DNA of 64,000 bases from a virus (Duplodnaviria > Heunggongvirae > Uroviricota > Caudoviricetes): positions 38,379 to 102,378 of IMG/VR virus record IMGVR_UViG_3300049919_000267. One strand, 5' to 3'. Below the pieces are notes generated by a model. It was given only the letters and a program-made list of their open reading frames with translations. It was not told where the DNA came from and ran no database searches. Positions within the stretch are counted from its first letter, which is position 1; every line of letters starts with the position of its first letter. Shown here piece after piece: positions 58,466 through 64,000 of the stretch. Position numbers and translations under genes: made by a program.

Positions 58466-59260
58466 ATGGCAGAAGTAAAAATGGATCTTGCTGAACTAGA
58501 AGATATTAAAAATCAAATAGTTAAGCAAAAAAAGATAGTTTCTGAAAAAGAAGAAGTTATCAAACAAAAAGAAAAAGAACTTGCTGAAGCTTATGCTGAT
58601 AAAAGAACTGTACAAATTACTAAAACCAGTAAACCTGTACCAAGTTGGGATTTTCATGCAAATTCAATTAATAGTAGAATAGAACATTCAGATTTTTCTT
58701 ATGGAAATGAATATGTTGGTAAAATATTTTCTTTTATAAAACAAAAAGATTATATGAGACTTTCTGAAAATTCTCTTTATGAAAATATCAAAGAGACTAT
58801 TAATCAACTTGTTTTTAATATAAGTGCAAGAGGAGATATGCAAAGAAAAAATGTTCCTATAACTTATGAAGAAATTGTAACAAAAGAGTTTATAAACTTT
58901 GATGATGTACTTGGAGATCTTAGAGAAAAAGCTGAAGTAAGTTTTATTAATGAAATCAATTCTTATAAAACTAAAATTCATACTTTAGAAGGGACAGTAA
59001 GTGATCTTCAGAATAAAATTACTGATACTACTAAAGTTGCAAATAAAAAGATTGATGAAATTATCGAAAGTTATGAAACTAAATTACAAGATAATTCAGT
59101 AAAAGCTAGAAAAGAATATGAAATTCTTTCAAAAGCTTTTAGTGATTACAAAGAAGACAAAGATACCAGAAACCTTCAAAAACAGATTTTTGATCTTAAA
59201 ACAGAACTTGAAGAAGAAAGACAAAAAAAGTGGTATCAAAAAATAATAAAAAATAAATAA
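58466..59260 (+). CDS. Coiled-coil protein (264 aa)
   Basis: ORF track. Glu/Lys-rich heptads. Confidence 0.55.
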   Translation: MAEVKMDLAELEDIKNQIVKQKKIVSEKEEVIKQKEKELAEAYADKRTVQITKTSKPVPSWDFHANSINSRIEHSDFSYGNEYVGKIFSFIKQKDYMRLSENSLYENIKETINQLVFNISARGDMQRKNVPITYEEIVTKEFINFDDVLGDLREKAEVSFINEINSYKTKIHTLEGTVSDLQNKITDTTKVANKKIDEIIESYETKLQDNSVKARKEYEILSKAFSDYKEDKDTRNLQKQIFDLKTELEEERQKKWYQKIIKNK

Positions 59261-59270
59261 TAAAAACAAA

Positions 59271-59414
59271 ATGGCAAAATTAAAATTATCAGAGATCAAA
59301 TTTGGAATGATTCTTAAAATGAAAACAGATGCGTTTGCAGCTTATGAATATGCTAAAGGAGATCCTGTACAAGTTGTATACCTTCAAGGAAATAACATCC
59401 AGTGTAATGATTAA
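59271..59414 (+). CDS. Small ORF (47 aa), not in the ORF track
   Basis: Hand-read: MAKLKLSEIKFGMILKMKTDAFAAYEYAKGDPVQVVYLQGNNIQCND*. Confidence 0.35.
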   Translation: MAKLKLSEIKFGMILKMKTDAFAAYEYAKGDPVQVVYLQGNNIQCND

Positions 59415-59424
59415 AAACTAAACC

Positions 59425-59811
59425 ATGAAATTAAATCAAACTCAAACAGAAGCTCTTATTGATGACTTTATTGAAAAAAATAATGATAAAGTAAAAAAAG
59501 AGTTAGAAGTTATTAAAAAATCTCCTGAATTTAAGTCACAAGTTAATAAACTTCAAAAAGCTTTAAAAAGTATTGACCCAGCAGCTTTGAAATATTTAAA
59601 ATCTGATAGTTTTGTAATCCCAGGTATTCAACATATTGAAAACTACTTGATTCAGACCTATCAATTTACATCTAAAACAAAAACTAAAAAAATTGATAAT
59701 TGGGGGAATACAAGAACAAAATACAAACAAGCCCTTACTTTAGCTTCTATTGAAAAAACTTCTATAGAAGAGTTAATAAAAGTTCTTGAAGATGTTAAGA
59801 TTTCTAATTAA
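59425..59811 (+). CDS. Hypothetical protein (128 aa)
   Basis: ORF track. Confidence 0.5.
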   Translation: MKLNQTQTEALIDDFIEKNNDKVKKELEVIKKSPEFKSQVNKLQKALKSIDPAALKYLKSDSFVIPGIQHIENYLIQTYQFTSKTKTKKIDNWGNTRTKYKQALTLASIEKTSIEELIKVLEDVKISN

Positions 59812-59831
59812 ATACTTTTAACTTTTAAAAT

Positions 59832-60232
59832 GGGTCTGACAGGCATTTGACAGCAATGGATTGGAATTATGGGTATGCAGGGAGAATGATTCTATACTTC
59901 CTTGATAAATGTGAATCAAATCTAGATGTAGAAGTATCTAACATCACCGTAGGTGCAGAAGGAAACATTGATAGCTTATTAGCTTCTTTGTCTTATTCAG
60001 TTGAGTCTGAGCTTGCTCTGGCTTAATTCACCCCCAGAACTCTATGGGTATAAATGAGAACTTTTTCTTTTGGTATATTCTTCAAATAAGAATCTACTCT
60101 GAATATTAACCTGGCTTAACAGTAAATTAGCTAAAGGCCTTTGGAGCAGTAGGACTGCTATCCTAAGCATATAAGTCAACCATAATTACTTTACAATGTA
60201 TGGACAAGGGTTCGACTCCCTTCAGATCCACC
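59832..60232 (+). ncRNA. ssrA: tmRNA (ssrA-like transfer-messenger RNA), apparently phage-encoded
   Basis: The 5' GGGTCTG pairs with the 3' CAGATCC-A-CC. The 3' end GGACAAGGGTTCGACTCCCTTCAGATCCACC closely mirrors the E. coli tmRNA 3' end (GGACGCGGGTTCAACTCCCGCCAGCTCCACCA). An internal reading frame ends …SYSVESELALA-TAA at 60024-60026, with candidate resume codons GCA at 59955 or GCT at 59982. Length about 401 nt. Confidence 0.6.
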
Positions 60233-60307
60233 TTTAAAGCACAAGAGTTACGTCCTCTCTCTTGAGGTAAGAATAGATTCTTATTCTTATCTGAACAAAG
60301 AGGTTAG

Positions 60308-60391
60308 GGGCAAGTGGTGGAATTGGCAGACACACAAACTTCGATGTTTGTTCTTAACAGAGTATAGGTTCGAATCCTATTTTGTCCACCA
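60308..60391 (+). tRNA. Type II (long variable arm, Leu/Ser-like) tRNA with an aberrant anticodon loop. Isotype unresolved; CCA encoded.
   Basis: D-arm TGGTGGAATTGGCAGACAC (Leu-like), T-arm ATAGG-TTCGAAT-CCTAT, acceptor GGGCAAG / TTTGTCC (2 G·U), terminal ACCA. The anticodon region ACAAAC-TTCGAT-GTTTGT folds as a 5-bp stem with either a 6-nt loop (UUCGAU) or an 8-nt loop (CUUCGAUG), never a canonical 7-nt loop. Confidence 0.5.
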
Positions 60392-60534
60392 GGGTTATTT
60401 CTTACACTTTCCCGTAAAAAAAGTGTCAAGTGGTGTAGGTAACTAGATAAAAAAAATCTGGTAGCCCCAAACCCCCGGAGAAACAAACTTCTCTGGGGTT
60501 TTTTATAAATCTAATACAAAACAAAACAGCAATT

Positions 60535-60828
60535 ATGAAAAGGATTAAATATTTTTTTAACAGTGCATTAATTATGGCTGGAATCTATATAATATTATCA
60601 ATACTTTTTCTTATTCTACAGTGGTATTCAAATATTGAAGCTAATATTGAATTTTATTTAAAGTATGACACTTATATACAACTTTTTAAGATTATTATAG
60701 ATATACTTGAAATAATTATTAGAGGTTGTTTTTGGTTATCTGTTGCATTATTTATGATTTACGAACTAGATAAATATGATGAAAAAGGAAATTTAATTGA
60801 TATTGAAACCAAAAAAGAAAACATATGA
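60535..60828 (+). CDS. Small membrane protein (97 aa, 2-3 TM)
   Basis: ORF track. Hydrophobic helices. Confidence 0.5.
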   Translation: MKRIKYFFNSALIMAGIYIILSILFLILQWYSNIEANIEFYLKYDTYIQLFKIIIDILEIIIRGCFWLSVALFMIYELDKYDEKGNLIDIETKKENI

Positions 60829-61520
60829 GACAAATGGAATTCAGTTCTGATGAACAAGTAAAAAAATCTTATGAGTTTCTTAATAGTTTGAATCAACCAG
60901 CTTGTGAAGGATGTAATCATGGTATAAGGATGTGCTATAATACTCCTTGTATGGGAACAGTAGAAGATTTTGAAAAACTTATAGAAGCTGGCTATGCAGG
61001 ATCTCTTATGTTAGATCATTGGTGTGGTGGACATATGAATGGTAATCCTTTTAAAGAAGATGTACTTTATTTAGCACCAGCTATAGAAAACAAACAAAAA
61101 CAAGCTGCCCCATTTATAAGATCTGGAAAGTGTGCATTATTAATTAATAATAAATGCAGTCTTCATGATTTAGGACTAAAACCTATACAAGGAAAATCTG
61201 TTTGTTGTAAACTTGAAAGAGTTTATAAAGATGAAAATGGGGAAAATAAAGCAATTGAAGAAAGATTTCTTATTCTTCATACATGGAATACTCAGAAAGG
61301 ACTGGATCTTATTGAAAAATGGAAAAAAGAAGTTAATTTTAAAACAGAAAGTGGAGATGAAGAAATAGATAAAAAAGATCCTTTTCTTTTTCTAAGTCTT
61401 CTTGTAGAACAAATACAAAAATTTGAAGAAATTGAAAAAAAAGAAAAAACAGGTGAAATGCCACTGTACACTCCACTAACAGAGCCACGAAAAATAATCG
61501 AATACACAAAACCTTATTAA
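60825..61520 (+). CDS. YkgJ-family-like Cys-rich protein (231 aa), paralog of 56322..56924
   Basis: …PACEGCNHGIRMCYNTPC… and …GKCALLINNKCSLHDLGLKP… align with …RRCVFLGQNNLCTIYEVRPSAC… of the first copy. Acidic C-terminal tail. Confidence 0.5.
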   Translation: MRQMEFSSDEQVKKSYEFLNSLNQPACEGCNHGIRMCYNTPCMGTVEDFEKLIEAGYAGSLMLDHWCGGHMNGNPFKEDVLYLAPAIENKQKQAAPFIRSGKCALLINNKCSLHDLGLKPIQGKSVCCKLERVYKDENGENKAIEERFLILHTWNTQKGLDLIEKWKKEVNFKTESGDEEIDKKDPFLFLSLLVEQIQKFEEIEKKEKTGEMPLYTPLTEPRKIIEYTKPY

Positions 61521-61540
61521 AAGAACTAAAAATTAATAAA

Positions 61541-61717
61541 ATGCCAGAAGGAATACTTATGTTAATGATTTTGTTCTTATTGTTCTACACTTATTTTAAA
61601 ATAAATCCAAAAATGGACATTAATTATGAAACAGAAGATATTATTCTTTGGTATAATGATCCATTTGAATTATTTAAAAGAAAACCAATAAGACTTTGGA
61701 AAGTAAAAAAGAAGTAA
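61541..61717 (+). CDS. Small membrane ORF (58 aa), not in the ORF track
   Basis: Hand-read: MPEGILMLMILFLLFYTYFKINPKMDINYETEDIILWYNDPFELFKRKPIRLWKVKKK*. Confidence 0.35.
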   Translation: MPEGILMLMILFLLFYTYFKINPKMDINYETEDIILWYNDPFELFKRKPIRLWKVKKK

Positions 61718-61753
61718 TGTAATTTATTAATCACAAAACAAAACAAGACAAAC

Positions 61754-61987
61754 ATGTTTAATCAAAAAAGAACCTTAACCAATCTTGAAAAGAGAAGCGA
61801 AGCTATTTTTAGTGTTTTTACAAAAACACAAGAAGATTGCAAAATTTTAAACCAGGAAATTTCAGGAGTAATATCTGAAAAACAAGAAGTAATTTTAGAT
61901 CTTCAATCAGAAGTACAGTCCCTGGAAAACATCAAAGCTAAAAACACTAATTTAGCTGACAAAATCAATAAATTTTTAACTACTTAA
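61754..61987 (+). CDS. Small coiled-coil protein (77 aa)
   Basis: ORF track. Confidence 0.45.
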   Translation: MFNQKRTLTNLEKRSEAIFSVFTKTQEDCKILNQEISGVISEKQEVILDLQSEVQSLENIKAKNTNLADKINKFLTT

Positions 61988-62019
61988 TCAATAAATTTTT
62001 AACTACTTAATTTAAAAGT

Positions 62020-62370
62020 ATGCCAACAATTATTATACTGTTATTTTTAGGAATGATAGGAACTCTTATGTATTTTTATGAAAAATATAAAAAATTAGAG
62101 TTTATTGCTTCAGTTATTGATGGAACAAATGTTGATAACAGATATGTTACTGATGCTTGTTTGTTGGTAATTGAGCAACTAAAGGATAGAAAATCATTAA
62201 GATTAGATAAATATTCTAATTTAATTAAACTTCCTGATGGACAATATATTAGTTACAGAACTGATAATATTGATAAATTTAAACACGATTCTCAGTTAAC
62301 TTTCGAGCCAACAGAGACAGAATGGAAAATTTTAGCTGGTCTTATTCAAAAATTGTATAATAGCAATTAA
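62020..62370 (+). CDS. Small N-terminally membrane-anchored protein (116 aa), NfeD-like partner candidate of the downstream SPFH gene
   Basis: N-terminal TM MPTIIILLFLGMIGTLMYFY followed by a soluble domain. Located immediately upstream of an SPFH lipoprotein, the usual arrangement of NfeD-SPFH operons. Confidence 0.4.
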   Translation: MPTIIILLFLGMIGTLMYFYEKYKKLEFIASVIDGTNVDNRYVTDACLLVIEQLKDRKSLRLDKYSNLIKLPDGQYISYRTDNIDKFKHDSQLTFEPTETEWKILAGLIQKLYNSN

Positions 62371-62412
62371 GTAAAAATCTTTTTAAACAAAAAAAAACAA
62401 AAACTCATTATT

Positions 62413-63255
62413 ATGGGACTCAAAACAAAATTAATTTTAATTGCAGTTGGATTAGTATTATTACTAAGTTCACTAGGTATAGGATGTGAAAGAATTGATG
62501 CCGGAAGTGTTGGGATTAAAGTAAACATGACTGGTGGAACACAAGGTATTGCAAAGACAGAATATGTAACTGGTTGGTGTTTTTATTGGAGATTAGCACA
62601 AAAAGTGTATGAATTCCCAACTTATCAACAACATAAAGAATATGATCCATATGAAGTACCTGCAAAAGGAGGAACTATGTTTACTGTTCATCCTACATTT
62701 AATTATAATTTAAATGCTGGTGAAGTAGGTAATATGTTTCAAAGATACCGATTAGGACTCTCAACATTAGAAAATGGTTTTATTAAGAATTCTATGACTA
62801 CAGCTATTAGGGAAGTAACTAATACTTTTACAGCAGATAGTATTTTAAATAATCAAGCCGGGTATGATGCAGCTATTTATAATAAATTAAATAAAGAATT
62901 AGCACCTTATTTTCAAGTAACTCAGTTTACTGCTAATCTTATTCCTGATCCAAACTTAAAAGCTTCTATTATTAATAAAGCAAAAGCTGTACAGGATGCT
63001 CAAGCTGCAATAGCTCAACAATCTGTAACAAGAGCTAATGCTGAAATTGATATTATTAATGCTAAAAAAGATTCTGTTGTAACTATGACAGCAGCTCTAG
63101 CTGAAGCTAATTCTATGCGAGCTAAAAATGAAGCTTTAAAAGAATCTCCACAATTGGTAGAATACACTAAAGCTTTAAAATGGAATGGAGTATTACCAAG
63201 TACTATAATGGGAGGAAGTGGGGCTGTTCCTTTCTTTAACATAAACAAACAATAA
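62413..63255 (+). CDS. SPFH/band-7 domain lipoprotein (280 aa), second SPFH paralog in the window
   Basis: Lipobox-like …LSSLGIGC…, then an SPFH-like core and a C-terminal Ala/Gln-rich coiled coil (…AKAVQDAQAAIAQQSVTRANAEIDIINAKKD…) typical of HflK/C-type proteins. Confidence 0.55.
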   Translation: MGLKTKLILIAVGLVLLLSSLGIGCERIDAGSVGIKVNMTGGTQGIAKTEYVTGWCFYWRLAQKVYEFPTYQQHKEYDPYEVPAKGGTMFTVHPTFNYNLNAGEVGNMFQRYRLGLSTLENGFIKNSMTTAIREVTNTFTADSILNNQAGYDAAIYNKLNKELAPYFQVTQFTANLIPDPNLKASIINKAKAVQDAQAAIAQQSVTRANAEIDIINAKKDSVVTMTAALAEANSMRAKNEALKESPQLVEYTKALKWNGVLPSTIMGGSGAVPFFNINKQ

Positions 63256-63289
63256 GACATTCTGCGTATATCGAAGATTGGCCCTTCAA

Positions 63290-63322
63290 AAAACCCCTAG
63301 GAATACCTGGGGGTTTATTTTA
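63290..63322 (+). terminator. Rho-independent terminator-like hairpin
   Basis: AAAAAACCCCTAGG-AATA-CCTGGGGGTTTATTTT. Confidence 0.5.
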
Positions 63323-63340
63323 ATTATTAATTATAACAAA

Positions 63341-63652
63341 ATGAAGAAAAGTGAATTAGAAACTCTTTTAAGAGAATTTGAAGAAACTGGTAATAGTTCT
63401 GAAGAACTTAATAGTATAAGAATTAATATTTTTGATTCTTTAGAAACAGGAGATATTCAGACAAAAACTAAGGATATTCTTCTAAGAAGGCTTTATTCAA
63501 TAGCTTCAACAAAGAAACTTTTCTATCTAAATGTAACAGAAAGAAAACCTGGTCTTCCTAAAACTGAAGATGAAGTGACTGAATTTAATGAAGATGAATC
63601 CTCTTATGAAGAATCATATGAAGAATCATATGAAGAAGATGACAATGAATAA
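63341..63652 (+). CDS. Acidic protein (about 103 aa) with C-terminal (ESYE)3 repeat; start trimmed past the terminator
   Basis: The ORF-track start 63278 spans the terminator hairpin. ATG at 63341 (MKKSELETLLREFEE…). C-terminus …EDESSYEESYEESYEEDDNE. Confidence 0.45.
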   Translation: MKKSELETLLREFEETGNSSEELNSIRINIFDSLETGDIQTKTKDILLRRLYSIASTKKLFYLNVTERKPGLPKTEDEVTEFNEDESSYEESYEESYEEDDNE

Positions 63653-63661
63653 AAAGAAATT

Positions 63662-64000
63662 ATGGAAAAGAATAAAAAAATCACAGTTGGACATATAGAG
63701 AAATTATTTGTTGATTTTAAAGGAGTTATGGAAGGTCTTGAATTAGCATCTCAAAAAGATTTAACTATATTTGTAGGGCAAAATGGTTCCGGTAAAAGTC
63801 TTGTATTAATATTTACCTGGTTAATGGGGACTATAGTTAATATATTCTTACAATCAGGTAAATCAATGACAGAATATGAGAAAATTCTTCAATTCTTTTT
63901 TGACAACTCTTTTGATAAAAATGATTTTACTGGTAAAATGGGAGCTGGTTTTGAAAATATTGAAATTAGCTTCGAAATGGATAATGGTAAAGTTAAAAAT
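63662..64000 (+). CDS. P-loop NTPase (AAA/ABC-type ATPase, Walker A GQNGSGKS), partial with the 3' end beyond the window
   Basis: Hand translation from the ATG at 63662: MEKNKKITVGHIEKLFVDFKGVMEGLELASQKDLTIFVGQNGSGKSLVLIFTWLMG… It is open to the window end and absent from the ORF track because no stop falls in the window. Confidence 0.55.
   Translation, partial: MEKNKKITVGHIEKLFVDFKGVMEGLELASQKDLTIFVGQNGSGKSLVLIFTWLMGTIVNIFLQSGKSMTEYEKILQFFFDNSFDKNDFTGKMGAGFENIEISFEMDNGKVKN

Noticed and set aside
59832-60400. tmRNA as a host ssrA gene marking a prophage integration site (attachment site)
   Set aside because: No integrase or recombinase is nearby. Both sides of the tmRNA are the same AT-rich small-ORF phage DNA, and the window never switches to host-like gene content. 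A phage-encoded tmRNA is more consistent.

Overview
The window reads as a contiguous piece of a large, AT-rich, tailed dsDNA phage genome (or a very recently integrated prophage). I saw no integrase and no host housekeeping genes. It has two divergently transcribed arms that meet at an AT-rich intergenic region near 43.0-43.25 kb.

Minus-strand arm (about 43 kb down to 1). Small early-like genes come first, including putative HExxH metallopeptidases and a Cys-rich zinc-finger protein. They are followed by a cluster of nine tRNA genes (Cys, Phe, Asp-like, His, Asn, Gln-like, Trp, Pro, Met). Next comes a classical morphogenesis module: an SPFH/band-7 protein, the large terminase (Walker A/B and nuclease motifs seen), a portal candidate, an acidic scaffold-like protein and a major-capsid candidate. 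After these is a long run of structural/tail genes, including four giant ORFs of 1069, 1085 (SLT/lytic-transglycosylase-like motif), 1785 and more than 1224 aa (the last partial at the window edge), several small N-terminally Cys-rich proteins, and a calcineurin-like metallophosphoesterase.

Plus-strand arm (43.25 to 64 kb). This is a dense array of small overlapping ORFs. It includes a SpoT/Mesh1-like HD-domain (p)ppGpp hydrolase, two YkgJ-family (CxxCxxCC) paralogs, lysine-rich basic proteins, an NfeD-like plus SPFH lipoprotein pair, and a partial P-loop ATPase at the window edge. Seven further tRNA genes (Arg-UCG, Ser-UGA, Met-CAU, Phe-GAA, Arg-UCU, Ile-GAU, and a type II tRNA with an aberrant anticodon loop) are scattered among the ORFs, and there is an apparent phage-encoded tmRNA (ssrA-like, about 400 nt, tag reading frame ending ...ELALA-stop).

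Two long ORF-free stretches (45.9-46.6 kb and 46.9-47.9 kb) are densely structured. They flank small secreted or membrane proteins, including an OMP-like beta-barrel candidate.

Several ORF-track starts are spurious because they run through tRNA genes (the track appears to use alternative start codons). I give trimmed coordinates for those. A Bacteroidota-type promoter motif (TTG-N22-TAnnTTTG) upstream of 43252 hints at a Bacteroidota host. All calls come from reading the sequence and from motif knowledge. No database searches were run.
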